64,000 nucleotides of DNA. Origin: Kiritimatiellia bacterium (GTDB lineage Bacteria; Verrucomicrobiota; Kiritimatiellia; RFP12; UBA1067). The translations under genes and the position numbers were made by a program. Location of the stretch: NCBI GenBank assembly GCA_050949565.1, contig JBMNFY010000017.1:1856001-1920000 (forward strand), read 5' to 3'. This document shows positions 1 through 11,422 of the stretch, one piece after another. The notes under the pieces are model-generated. The model searched no databases, had not been told where the DNA came from, and was given only the letters and a program-made list of their open reading frames with translations. Positions within the stretch are counted from its first letter, which is position 1; each line of letters begins with the position of its first letter.

Positions 1-2
1 CT

Positions 3-857
3 GGCCTTCTGCTTGTAGTCCAGATGAGCCATGGCGCAGAGAGTCTGCATGTGGTGTTTGCGATTGCCGTCACGATCAAACCGTCTCGTCATGAAGTGGG
101 CGCGCTCGTTCTCTTCCAGCAGACGGCAGGGCGACATTCTGATGCCGGCGGCTGTCGCCATCTTGTAGTAGGCGTACTCGATGCGCCCGTAGTCCTGCGA
201 ACCGCCCAGCTCCCTGTCCTCGCCCATACCGTCGAACTTCAGCAACCAATGCTCGAATCCATCCTCCGCGTCGAACTGCCCGGCACGGATCTCCTCCGTT
301 TTCGGATTCCATGCCACGACCGCTTTGGCGCGTGCACCGCCCGCCGAAGTGCCCACGCTCACGATCTGCGACAGTACGGCTCGCGCTGAAGCGTCCGAAC
401 CCAAATCGCCCCGCACGGCACGGCGAGCCCCTTCCACCAGATCGGCGAGGGCGATCGCCGTACTGTCTTTGGCCTCAGGCCCGATGGCCGGTTTGAACTC
501 CAGAGCACCCATACTGCGCACCCCCATGTAAGCCAAGCGATCGAGCGCGGTGACAGCATCACGTTCAACACCCTGCGCGGCCATCCACCCGTTGATCAGT
601 GTGTTGCCGAAATCATCAGGCAGAGCATCGGCCAGAAGCGCCGGCAACCGCTTGTAGGTCTGTTCCGGCAAATCCGTGAACACGAACGGTTCCGAGGCTT
701 TGGCGAGCGGCATGGTCAGCGGCGCAAGCTCGATGCCCGTCTTCACGAAGTTCGGCTCGTATTCAAACACATAAAAACGCAGATTTGGATCCAGCGCCAC
801 CGCGCCGACTTTCTGGCCCCATATCCGAACTTCGATTGCTTCAACGGGTTTATACAC
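3..857 (-). CDS. hipA: HipA-family serine/threonine kinase toxin (3' end runs off the window)
   Basis: Manual translation from GTG at 857 gives VYKPVEAIEVRIWGQKVGAVALD...FEYEPNF...DALPDDFGN...LDRLAYMG..MGALEF...VGTSAGGARAKA...HWLLKFDG...GRIEYAYYKMA...HFMTRRFDR, which are HipA N-terminal and P-loop motifs. Not in the ORF track because it is truncated. Start overlaps the antitoxin stop (GTGTATAA). Confidence 0.9.
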   Translation of the reverse strand, partial: MYKPVEAIEVRIWGQKVGAVALDPNLRFYVFEYEPNFVKTGIELAPLTMPLAKASEPFVFTDLPEQTYKRLPALLADALPDDFGNTLINGWMAAQGVERDAVTALDRLAYMGVRSMGALEFKPAIGPEAKDSTAIALADLVEGARRAVRGDLGSDASARAVLSQIVSVGTSAGGARAKAVVAWNPKTEEIRAGQFDAEDGFEHWLLKFDGMGEDRELGGSQDYGRIEYAYYKMATAAGIRMSPCRLLEENERAHFMTRRFDRDGNRKHHMQTLCAMAHLDYKQKA

Positions 858-1164
858 GCGGCGCCTCCTTCGACGGGGATGCCCGCTGTCGGACGGGCTT
901 CTTATTTTTCAGCATTTGCAAGGGGCTCACGGAAACCCTCGGTGCCAGCGCATTGAGCCAGTCTTCCCGGCCCAAAGCTCGCAACACCTTGATCAGAGAC
1001 GTGACCGTTGCGCCTTTCCCGCCCTCCAGCTTTTTAACCACATTCAGCGCCACCGAGGCCCGCTCTGCCAACTCGCGCTGGCTGATGTTCTGGCGTAAGC
1101 GAAGGCTTCGCAGGTGCTGACCGAGCGCAATCTCCAAATCATCTGTCCTCGAATAAGTCCTCAT
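850..1164 (-). CDS. XRE-family HTH transcriptional regulator, HipB-like antitoxin
   Basis: 104 aa with LRSLRLRQNISQRELAERASVALNVVKKLEGG (HTH_3-like); lies immediately upstream of and overlaps hipA. Confidence 0.85.
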   Translation of the reverse strand: MRTYSRTDDLEIALGQHLRSLRLRQNISQRELAERASVALNVVKKLEGGKGATVTSLIKVLRALGREDWLNALAPRVSVSPLQMLKNKKPVRQRASPSKEAPRV

Positions 1165-1228
1165 TAATAGCCCTCATTAAGTCCATTGGCAAATAAATAA
1201 TACCCAATAGCCCCAAAGAAGTCTATTG
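1165..1228. promoter_or_regulatory. Two candidate antitoxin operator boxes, CAATAG-N12-CTATTG-like
   Basis: TAATAG-ccctcattaagt-CCATTG at 1165-1188 and CAATAG-ccccaaagaagt-CTATTG at 1205-1228, 40 bp apart in the AT-rich leader of the TA operon. Confidence 0.55.
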
Positions 1229-1262
1229 TAATAATATCAGAACTGTCGATTTATGAGGTCTT

Positions 1263-2642
1263 TTATGGCGAGTCTCCGCTATCGGGGGGTGGCGGCAGGC
1301 GGCGCACGGCGCGTAGGATGAGAAGCCCCAGCGCGACCATCACGGCTAGCGAGACGAGTAGCAGGCCGTGCCGGACGAAGAACCGGCGCACGCATACGGC
1401 GAAACCAACATGGATTCCGCCGTCGGGCGCGGCGGCGAGCGACCAGACCTCCGCCTTGCGCCCGCCGCGCAGATAGTTCAGTACGCTCTGTTCGTAAACC
1501 GGTGCCGTCACCGCTTCGGGTGCGCCGTAAGTCAGCGCGTAGCGCACGCCCGGCTCGGCGATGAAGAGTGCGCGATACGCCTGACGCAACGCAAGCACGC
1601 TGTTCGGCGCGAAGGTCAGCGGCGGGTTGTCGTGATTTGCGATCACCACCCGCAACCGCGCTGCGCGTGTCTCGGGTAACGTGATTTCGCATTGCTCGAC
1701 CGGCGCGGTGTTCGGTAAGCGTACGCGTGTCAAACGCCCGGAGGTCAGCAAGCGCCACCCGCCTGGCGCCTCGCATGCTACGGTGATGCTACGGTCGAAA
1801 TTCTGTTGTTCGGGCAACAGCACGAGACCGGTCAGCGGCCACTGTGCGGTCTCGATCGTCACTACCGTTTGTTTGCGGTCGCTCTGCTCCTCGACCGTGA
1901 ACGACGGCACGGCCACTCGCTCGGTGCGTAGCTTTCCTGCCACCGCCACCTGTCGGGTGTCGCGGAAGAGTACGGCGTCGATGCGGAACGGCCGCTGTTC
2001 CACGCTGTAGCGTTTGAAGGTGCGTTGCCGGGTTTCCGCAGCGTCACGCTCTTCGGTCATCGAGGCGTAGGTCGAGAACACCGTGTCGTCGGCACGGGCG
2101 ATTTCCAGTTTGAAGAGCCGGTTGGTGAGATTCGGCAGCGTGACGCTCTCTTTCTTCACGTCGGCGTAGCGGCTGTAATCGAACAATGGTTCTGCGGCGC
2201 GCAACGGTGTCCAAGTACCGTCCGCGCTCTGGGTCGAGACCGTCACGCTCTGTTCGTAATCGCGTAGCGGCGTGCGCACTGTCAGGCGCGTGAGCGTGAG
2301 CGCGTTGGTGCCTTCCAGCTCGCACACGACGGCGAGTCCACCGTCGGGGAGTTGCTGGATATTTTTGAGAACCGCTCGCCGTTCGGTATGACTCTCCTCG
2401 AAACGGTAATCGCGCTCGGGCTCGATCACACGCGGGATGTCGCGTCCACCGACCTCGGTCACGCGCAGATCAGCCCACTGCGGCTGCGTGTGGGCGAACA
2501 CATGATTGTCCAACGGTACGGCGACAACCGCAGTGGCGGTGGCCTCGCCTTGGATCACGCGCGTCACCCGCGCACCATCCGCAGCGGCCAGACTCAGCGC
2601 GGCTGCGCACCAACATCCACCTGCATAGAACAGCATACGCAT
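1263..2642 (-). CDS. DUF3999-like exported protein with C-terminal membrane anchor
   Basis: Signal peptide, WADLRV motif, FIAEPGVRYALTYGA..APVY motif and a C-terminal TM helix; directly downstream of a DUF2339-like gene, a pairing I recall as common. Confidence 0.6.
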   Translation of the reverse strand: MRMLFYAGGCWCAAALSLAAADGARVTRVIQGEATATAVVAVPLDNHVFAHTQPQWADLRVTEVGGRDIPRVIEPERDYRFEESHTERRAVLKNIQQLPDGGLAVVCELEGTNALTLTRLTVRTPLRDYEQSVTVSTQSADGTWTPLRAAEPLFDYSRYADVKKESVTLPNLTNRLFKLEIARADDTVFSTYASMTEERDAAETRQRTFKRYSVEQRPFRIDAVLFRDTRQVAVAGKLRTERVAVPSFTVEEQSDRKQTVVTIETAQWPLTGLVLLPEQQNFDRSITVACEAPGGWRLLTSGRLTRVRLPNTAPVEQCEITLPETRAARLRVVIANHDNPPLTFAPNSVLALRQAYRALFIAEPGVRYALTYGAPEAVTAPVYEQSVLNYLRGGRKAEVWSLAAAPDGGIHVGFAVCVRRFFVRHGLLLVSLAVMVALGLLILRAVRRLPPPPDSGDSP

Positions 2643-2654
2643 AAACAGTCTCTC

Positions 2655-4637
2655 CTACCTGTCGGTATCGGCGTGTTCATCCGTCTCGAACAGGGGTTTG
2701 TAGGTCAAATACACGAATGATCCCAGCACCAGCAGCACACCGGTGGAGATAAAGGCGATGATCCGGTAGAGCGTGGCCAATTCATTGAGATCGGAGAACA
2801 ACAGCTTGATTACGGCCAGCGCGAAAAGCGCCAATCCGCACCAGCGCAGCCAGCGCCCGCGCAGGCGAATACCGGAGAACAGCAGCGCGAAGGCGAAGAG
2901 GGTCCAGACCAGCGTCACGGCGCCGTCATGGAATTCCGGTGCGAACACGCGCGCCAGCAAGCTGGTCTCCAGCGTGAGTAGCAACCACACTTGCAACAGC
3001 ACCAGTCCCAATATCTTGGCGGCGTGCCGGTGCGTGCGCACCAGACGCCACGCTGCGGTCAGTGTGACGGGGAGCACGCCGCAGAGCAACGCGCGCAATC
3101 CCGCCGCCTTCCAGAAGGCAACGCCGGTCAAGTCCTCAGGACATGACTTGTCATAAAAGCGGTAGAGATCGACAAACATTCCGCGCGCACTGGCCAGCGC
3201 GAAGAGCGCGATAGCTGCCTTGGCGAGAAGGGGCTGGCCGGCGCGCTGCGCGATCCAGAGCATGGCCAGTGCTTGCAGGCACCAAGCGAAGGTCAGCCAC
3301 TGCGCTGTCAGCATGAAGACCGGGCTCATGGCTAGGAAGACCGCTGCAAACGCGGCAAAGAGCATGAGCGCTGCGCGATCCAGTACGGCACGACGGATAC
3401 AGACGTAAACCAACGCCACGTAGACTGCAGCCACGGTGAGCGCGACCAGTCCCGCCCCCTCGCGTCCGTAAACCGGTTTGAAAAGCAGGAAAGCCCACGT
3501 CCAATAGATCGCGGCATTGAGGCTGAGTGCGGTCCACTCGAACGCGCCGGTCTTGAGTTGCGCGCGCAGGTGCAGCACGATCACCGAGAGCAGATAGAGC
3601 AGGTGTACGCCCGAGGTGAAGAGCAGATCGTTGAAAAGCTGGTCGGCCGTCGTGTGTTGTGAGCAGAAGAGGAACGACAACCCGTAAGCCGCCAGCATGC
3701 CGAGTCCGTTCAGTATCGGCCAGCGGCGCACCCACGAGATGCCGAGTACGCCGACGCCCAGCGTCAACACGTAGGCATAGAAGAAGAGCGGATTTGCCGA
3801 GGAACCGCCCATCATCAGCGGCGTAGCGTAGCCACCGACTACGCCGAGCAAGGCAATGCTGAGTGATCGATAAAGTACCGCAAGGGTACCGGCTGCGGCG
3901 GTCACGCAGGCCATCAGGCCGAAGGCCGCAGACAGGGGCATCAGGTGGTAGAGGACCGAGGCCGCATAGAAGGCGAAATAGAGCATCACGAAGCCTGCAC
4001 CGGCGAGACCTTGGCCCAGCAGGTGGTAGCGTTTGAAGAGCAGGCGTACGCCCAGCACGATCAACGTTACGCCGGCTGCCAAGCTTAGTGCCACGCGCCC
4101 GAGCGGCCCCATCAAGCCTTTCTCGATCGAGTACTTGAGGAAGAAGGCGACGCCTGCGAGCTCGATCAGAATGCCCGTCCGCAGCAGCCAGTGAGTCGCC
4201 GCCGCGTACTCCCATGACTCGCCGGGCTTGCGGTACTCCTCGCCGATGATGAACCAACTCCATATTCAGGCCAAGGCACGCTCGACCGCATTCGGCGCAT
4301 ATGGCGCGGGCGCAGGTGCAGCGTCGACCGAAAGAACAGGCTCCGCGCATGGCTGTTCAGGCATGGGCGGCGGCGCAGCGGCGGGAACGGAAGCAGGTGC
4401 GGGTTCCGGCCCTGCATCGCTGACAGATGCGGCGGCGACCGGTGCGGACTCCGGTGCAACTGCGACCGGCGCGTCGGGCTTCGCGGGCTCGACTAGGCGT
4501 TCCTCCAGCCGGATGAGCTGCTGTTGCAACTCCCTCATGCCGCGACACAGGCCCGCAACGCGGACGAGCAGGATCACCGGAATCACAAGCAGGATCGCGA
4601 CGATTCCCAGCCCGATCATCAACCCTAGTAGTTCCAT
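2655..4637 (-). pseudogene. DUF2339-family multi-pass membrane protein interrupted by an in-frame TGA at 4266-4268
   Basis: ORFs 4266..4706 and 2655..4115 are in the same frame. Reading through the TGA gives ERALA*IWSWFIIGEEYRKPGESWEYAAATHWLLRTGILI..GVAFFLKYSIEKGLMGPLGRV. ATG at 4637 has a GGAG SD upstream. Confidence 0.75.
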
Positions 4638-4782
4638 GGCCTGACTCCTTGCATATACCACCCCGCCAAACGGCAATCGGCACGACACCGGACGATTAGC
4701 GAGCACACGTTTTCTTCAGGTTCTGAACGGGGCTTATTGTGACATGCGGACGGAGTATCGGCAAGAGTGAACCTTCAAAATG

Positions 4783-5130
4783 AGGTAATCGGTCGGTGGT
4801 GGGAACATGCGAAGCTCGTGCGTTTCCTGTGAAAAGGGGAGCAGAGAGTCGGGCGCGGGCGTCCTCGCCCGCAACAGCGTGTCTTGCGCTTTCTGGTTTT
4901 ATCTGCAGATTTGCGCGGATTTTTTTATTTTGACCAAAGGAGGGGAGGGACGAGCGTCTGCTCGTCCGCGGGCAAGCAGACGCTTGCCCCTCCCGGCGCT
5001 CCGCGAGCCCGGACGCGCATCGGAATCACGAGCGGCCTTTCACAGAGCGGGCGGGGGCACCGCGCTCCCGCCCGCGCGCACACAAAACACGCACTCGACT
5101 CTCGTGCTCCCTGTCACTAACCGCTTACCG
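4783..5130. repeat. Nested intergenic repeat cassette (outer GGTAA-type inverted repeats, REP pair, inner REP doublet)
   Basis: Outer degenerate IRs at ~4783-4806 and 5107-5130; REP gggcgcgggcgtcctcgcccgc (~4851) with inverted partner gcgggcgggggcaccgcgctccc (~5047-5069); inner 55-bp doublet 4943-4997 identical to 35135-35189. Confidence 0.8.
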
Positions 5131-5136
5131 CTCGGA

Positions 5137-8100
5137 TCACCGGAGCATCATAAATGTTCCCTGTGACCCGGTTGTGTAGAGCCAGCCGCCGCGCAGACTC
5201 ACGCGGTCTGTCGCATCGCCCCCGACCAGCACGAAGTTCACCTCGTCCAGATTCGCGATCGTGGCACCGCGGAAATCCACCAGATTCATGCGACCGGCGG
5301 GGATCGGGCCATCGACGACAATCATGACAGTCGACGGCAAGGTCAACGCGCCCGACAACGTCAGCACAGCTCCCGGCGTGAAGGTCCAGGTGTCGCCAAC
5401 GATAGCAGCCGCACTCCCCGGCGCGACCGCCAACGTGCCGTCACCGCGCACGATCAGATCGCCGAGGTGCAGGAACACGCAGTCAGGATCGGTGCCTGCG
5501 GCCGGCTGGAGCGTGAGCGAAGCGCCCTCGTTGACGGTAACGTCACCCACGATGAGCGGCAACCCCTCCGCCAAGGGCGAGACGGGTTCAATGGTGGAGG
5601 CCGTGCCGACGGCCAACTCCAGCGCGTTGGTGAAGCTCCGCGCCGCTTCACCGGTGTACGAGAAGGTGAAGGCGTCGATGAACTGCTGCGCGTAGTTGCC
5701 ACCCGTACCACCGACGATCCCCAGCCAAGCCGGTGTGCCCAGCTCAGCAAGTTTCGCACCGGCGTTTTCGTTGGTCATGCTGTAGACGTTTGCGCCTTGC
5801 TGCATGTCGATGACCATTGTCGTGCCGTCAAAGGTCATGCGCGCGTTGAACGCTCCCCGGTTTTGGCTGAAGAGCGTGCTATTAGCCCGGCCGGCCAGCG
5901 CTCCGTTTTCAATCCATGCCAGATAACAATCCCCCGGCATCAGGTAGTACTGGAAACCGAAGCTGGGCGAGTAAGGGGAGACGATTTGCCACCATCCGCC
6001 GGTCGGCAGTGCATTCGTACCGCGCGGGTCGTTCTGGAAGAAGACGCCGAAGCCGTCGCCCGGACTGGTGGTGGAAACCCCCTTGCGGAACGTGAGGTCG
6101 ATGACCCACGGCTCGGTGGCGACCACTTGCTCGCGGTAGTAAGCCGCGCCGCGTTTGTTGGCGACGTTCGGCGTCAGCTCCAGGATCGTACCACCTTGGC
6201 CATCATCCACAAAGCGCGTCACGCCGGTGGTCACCCACATCGTGTCGTCGAAACCCAGAGCGCCGCCGTTGTTGAGCAGCAGTGTACCGCCTTCGAGCAG
6301 CAGGCTCTGGCTGTCGGTAAGGCCTCCGCCGTCAACCAGCAAAGATGCGCCCGTGCCAACATGCACCGCGCCGCCGCCGGAGATCGGCGCACGCAAGCGG
6401 AACGTCCCGGGCGTGTTGAAGACCAGCGTACCTTCGTTGTGGATTTCCCCTGCCATCGTCACTGTGCCCTCGACCGCCGCGCCGTCGAGGATCACGGTCT
6501 GTCCGGCGGCGACCTGCACGCCGCACGAGACCGCGCCCGTCAACGTCAGCGTGCCGGGCCCCTCGTTGCGCACCACGCCGTCACCGCTGATCGCACCGCC
6601 GAAGACGAGATTCGTCGGGCTGCGGAACACCAGTGTGCCGCCCGCGCGTGTCTCCACGGCGGCATCCGGTGCGAGGCATCCCCCTGACAGTCCGTCAATG
6701 ACCAGTTCGCCGTCATACACGGCCCAGTCGCCGGGGTACGCGCTCAAGTCTGTGGCGATTGTCAACGTTGCGTCGCCGCCCTTGGCAATCACGCTGTCGG
6801 TCGTGCCGCCGGTCAGCGTGCCCGCGAACGCGCCTTCCGTCGTCTGATCGATGTACAGGCGGGTGCGCCCCGCGAGCGTTACGTCGCCTTCCGCCGCGAC
6901 ATCCAGCGCGCCGATCAACACCGGGGCCGCCGCCGTGCCGCCGCTCGCCGTGAGCGTCCCGGCCACGACATCGAAGGCCCCTGTGTGCGACACGCCCGGC
7001 GCGAGCGTGATGCCGCCCTGCTCAATGCGCGTGGTCCCGATAAAGCTACTGGTCCGCTGCAGCGTGATGACGCCGACACCCTGCTTTTCGATCACGGCGT
7101 CCGTCGCGGCCGCGCCGCTGAACGCGCCGAGGGTGGTGTCTTCCGCTTGATCCACAATCAGGTGCGCGAAGGCCTCGGCGCCCAGATTGCCGCCAGCCGT
7201 GCCGTCAACACCCACGATCCTCGTGGGGTATGCACGCAGCAGACGTTGCGACAACGCGACCTCGGTTCCGCCGGGCGGCGTCATGTGGAGGCGCACCACT
7301 TGCAAACCGCCATTTTCATAGAAGAAAACGATGATGTCGTGCCAGCCTTGTGTCAGCGAGACGGAACCTGTGGCCCAGCCGCTGCCGGTCCGGTTGTTCA
7401 CGACGAGTTGTCCGTTCAGAAAGATCAGGCAGCCGTCGTCGGCAAAAACCCGGAAGGTGTAGGTGCCGGCTTGCTCCGCCAAGAACTGGCCGGTCCAGCG
7501 TACCGCGAATTTGTCGACCGAGCCGCTATATTTGCCGGGGAAGTACTCGCCGCTGGTACCCGAATCAAACGTCTCGCCGAAGCTACCCGATCCGGCGATC
7601 AACGCCGGAGAGAGCCCCGCCAGAACCGCGTCCACCGCCTCCGGCGTAGTGCCCAGCGTCGGCCAAGTACCGCCGGTGGTGCCGGTGAAGGCGTTGTCGT
7701 AATACTCGCCGCGCAGTCCTTGGTAGCCCAGCGCCGCGACGGTCGCGTTCTGCGCGATCGTCACGCCGTTGGTCAATGCCGTGCCGACATTCAGCGCGAG
7801 CGTGCCGGCCGCGACCGTCACCGGCTCGGGCGTCGGGCATAGGCGTGGTTCAGCGTGAAGCGCCCCGTGCCGATCTTGGTGAGCGTAAGGGGCGGTGCCA
7901 GACTGCCGCTGAAGATCGAGTCCAGCGTGTCGCAGCCCACCTGCACCTCCAGCGCCGTGCCGACCGAGTTGGTCACGCAACCGCCGCCGGTCAGACCGTT
8001 GAACGTTCCCGCCCAGCCGTTGATGTCCAGCGCCGCGTTCCCCCCTAGATCGACGACACCGTAGCCTGCGCCGTGCGGCAGCGCGTCGGCGACGCCGTAC

Positions 8101-10977
8101 CGCAGCGTGCCGGCCTCGACCACCGTGTTGGTGGGCAGGTAGGCATGGGTGTTGGCGGTGGCCAGCGTTATTGTGCCGAGCCCCTTTTTGGTCAGGATGC
8201 CCTTGCCCGAGAAGGTGTCCTCGAAAGTGTCCTCGGCGCCGTTGTTCAGATAGAGCCAGCCGCGCGATCCCGTGCCCACGATGCCGCCGGTGGAGGCCCA
8301 CGAGAAGTTCGTGCCGTTGCCGATCATCATCGCGCCCCACGATCCTTCAAGCTGCACGCGCCCTTGGTAACTGTTGTTGGTGCCGGCAAACGTGACCCAG
8401 CCCATGTCCGTCATGCGCAGGGTGGCGTTGCCCGTGATGTCGCCGGGGATCATCAACTGCGCCGGCAGGCCGCCCGAGGCATGGATGCGGCAGGTGCCGT
8501 TGAAGGCGATACCGCGCGTCGGCGCCAGCGTGACGAATTGAGTTTCTGTGCGGAAGACGCCGCTGTCGAATACGACGTTCGATGGATCAAAGACTGCGGG
8601 CACGGTGCCGAAGCCGCGGTCGCCCATGATCACGATCTTGCCGCCGTTTTCCACGCGCGTGCCGCCGGAGTGGGCGGCGCTGTTACGCGTATCCACCACG
8701 CCCTTGCCGCGGATCAGCACGCGGCGCGGCGCGCCGCCCGCGCCGTCGGTCAAGTTGGTGATCACAAAGCCGTAAGCACCGTCGCCGACATCGATGCCGG
8801 TGTTGCCAAGCAGATAGGTGTCGCCATAGGGCGTGAGCGTGCCGGTGAAGTAACTTTTGACCGAGGTGTTCTCGGTGCCCGTGAAGAGATTCGGCGTGGC
8901 GGAAAGATCCAGCGTGTTGGTCAGTCCCGCGCCGCTGAGCTGCAGTGAGACATCTGGGTCGGCTGCGATGCGATTGAAAAAGGCCGCATCCGCGAGCTGA
9001 CACTGCACGCGCAGCACCGTGCCGCTACGGCAGACGATATCCGCCGTGTCGGGCGTTCGCGCACCGAGAGCGTTGGCATGCGCCATCACGATGCCGCCCG
9101 ATTCGAGCAGCGTGCCGCCGGTGTAGGTGCTGTCACCCGCGAGTCTCACGAACCCGTTCACCGTGCCGTTGACTTCCACCCGTCCGGGGACACCGGGCTT
9201 ATCGGCGATCGGTTGTTCATAAGACAGCGTACCGCCGCGCGGTGTAAAGCGATACAGATTGGTGTACGGCGTCAATGTGCCGGTATAGGTGAAGGAGCTA
9301 TCCGCACTCAGCGTCACACCGGGCAACGCCGAGAGGTCGATCGCGTCCGCCGCATTGGCGGCAAACAGCATGAGGATTCCGGCGGTTTCCGGGGTGAAGA
9401 GCGATGCCAGCGTTGTGGCGCCGCCGCTCTTGTTCCAGCCGATGGTGGCGTCGTTGGCCAGCGTGACCGGCGCGGCGTAACCGGCGGGCAGGGCATTGGC
9501 TGCAAGCGTGAGAGCGCCGCCGTTGACCGTGAGCGGTCCCGTGATCGTATTGGCACCACCGAGCGTGAGCGTGCCCGCGCCCTCTTTGACAAGGCCGCCG
9601 CCGGGGCTGCTTGCGTCTTCGAGCAGCGATTGATTGACGCTGACGGAAATATTCTCCGGCACATGGAAGGCGATCCCGCCGTCCTGCACCTTGGCGCTGG
9701 TGAGCCCCTGCAGGTGATCGGTGGCGTTGCCCACCGCTTGGAGCGTGCCGCCGTCCGCGATCAGCGTGGCGCTGCCGTCCCCGCGCACCACACGCTGCGT
9801 GATAAGCTTGCCGCCCGCGCCGAGCGTCAGCGTGGCGCTTGCGCCTGAGGTCATCGCCCAGACGCAGTGTATTGGCGCCGATGTCGAAGGTGCCGCCCGC
9901 CAGCGTGAGCGCGAAGGCGCTGCCCGCGCCGATGCCGGCGCGCACGTAAGCGCTGTTGGCGAAGGTCGGCAGCGCGGTGAAACGTCCGTCGGAGAGCGTC
10001 ATGCCGCCGTGTGCTGCGTGCCACATGCCGGTGTAGACGCCGTTCGCGTAGGGCGCACCGTCATAGACCGCCGTGCCGCCCGAGCCGAGATACACCGGCT
10101 GCCCGGCCGTAGGCGGCGTACCGGCCGCCCAGTTGGCCGCATCGTTCCAAGCCGCGGTGCCGGTGGTTTGCCACATGCCGCCGAAGCGGCCACCCTCGAC
10201 CATGAAATTGTGTTTCACATCTTCGGCGCTGAGCGTGCCGTCATGCACGCGCACCACCGCGATCGCGCCGCTGAGCGGATAGCTCCAGCCGCTCGAGGTG
10301 TCCACCGCGCCGACCGCGAACAACGCATTGTTGGTAGCGAGATTGAGCATGTAGGTACCGCCCATATCCAGCGTGTTCACCAGCCGTCCGTCGAGATAGA
10401 GGCGATTGATGCAGGCCGCGTCGCGGGTACAGGCTACGTGGTGCCACTGCCCGTAAGCAGGCAGACCGATGTTCCAGCCGATGTTGCGCGCCCAGTGTTC
10501 CACCGCGTTGTTGAGGTCGGAGCCGTAGCGCATCTCCATCATCCGGCGCTCTCCGCCGTCGCGCCGCGAAGTCCAAGCGAGGAGCGTCTCGATACCGGTA
10601 CCGACCGGATTGTAGACCCAGACTTCGGCCGACCAAGCATTTGTGCCGAGGATGCTCAGAGGCACACCGCCCTTGGTGGCATTGCTTGTGTGTCCGGCCT
10701 GCGCCATCGCACATCCGGACGTGCCGTCGAACCACAAGGCCACCGCGCCGCCGACATTCGCCGCATAGGTGGCACCCTGGCCGGCGACCGCCGGTACGAA
10801 ATTATTCAGCGTCCCCGCATTCGGCCAAACGGTGACCTTATCGCCGTCAGCCAATCCCGTTACCTGCGCCGCGTCCAGATGAACGAACAGTTCGCCCGCC
10901 GTGCGGATCGCCTGCGCACTTGCGCTCATGATCCCCGCGCACACAACACCACATACCCACCGGTGACTTACTCGCAT
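5137..10977 (-). CDS. ~1946-aa secreted adhesin-like protein: LamG-like domain, autotransporter-associated beta-strand repeats, PA14 and L-type lectin-like domains; two compensating frameshifts (~9855, ~7838)
   Basis: Three consecutive ORFs (9298..11016, 7818..9854, 5137..8340) join into one protein. Signal peptide MRVSHRWVCGVVCAGIMSASAQA; WHHVACTRD..LYLDG (LamG); GLVKEGAGTLTLGGANT repeats; GLRGEYYDN..FAVRWTGQFLAEQAGTYTF..ADDG (PA14); ELTPNVANKRGAAY..GDGFGVFFQND (lectin). Ends GTFMMLR; no beta-barrel. Confidence 0.8.
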
Positions 10978-11027
10978 ACTTTGCCTTTCCTCGTGATGAA
11001 AATCCACACCATTCAAGTCTCGGTAAC

Positions 11028-11056
11028 AGTATGCGCCTTTGATCCAAGCGTGTCAA
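11028..11056 (-). promoter_or_regulatory. Sigma70-type promoter for the adhesin gene
   Basis: Minus strand reads TTGACA-17 bp-CATACT, about 50 bp upstream of ATG 10977. The -35 overlaps the palindrome TCAATGCACATTGA. Confidence 0.6.
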
Positions 11057-11066
11057 TGCACATTGA

Positions 11067-11340
11067 ACGGTAATCGTTAGTGCCAGGGGGGAAGAGTTAT
11101 CGTGTCGGGGTACGTGAGCGAGTGTGTGCACGGGGGTGGCCAACGTTCACGTTCTCCAAATCGGTATCGGTATCGCTATCGGGTTCGAAATCGACTGTTG
11201 CGCCCACGCAGTGGCTCGCAGCGGCGAGTGTAATGATGGCGGCGATACCGATCCCGATACCGATAGCGATACCGATGGTGGCGCAATGGAACCCTGAAAC
11301 GCATGATCTTCGCACTCCCTTGTCACTAACCGATTATCGT
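11067..11340. repeat. ~274-bp MITE-like element with imperfect terminal IRs and internal inverted (ATCGGT/ATCGCT) hexamer tracts
   Basis: Left end acggtaatcg-ttagtgccagggg matches the reverse complement of the right end, acgataatcggttagtgacaaggg. Inner tracts 11160-11187 and 11243-11276 are inverted relative to each other. The terminal motif recurs at 5107-5130. Confidence 0.7.
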
Positions 11341-11422
11341 GGAAGCCGGGCGTCCTTAAAAACCTAAAAAATCTCATCTGAAAATGATTCACAAACCGCG
11401 CCTGATCTGCTTTGATATGGTC

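Noticed and set aside
4266-4268. Selenocysteine or Trp recoding of the in-frame TGA
   Set aside because: No redox-motif context or evident SECIS hairpin, and TGA is a normal stop for many genes here.
11097-11367. Short ORFs with IGIAIGIGIG / IPIPIAIP peptides (also RDRDRYRD at 13867 and GIAIGIAIGI at 42286)
   Set aside because: These are translations of the hexamer repeat tracts, with no independent evidence of coding function.
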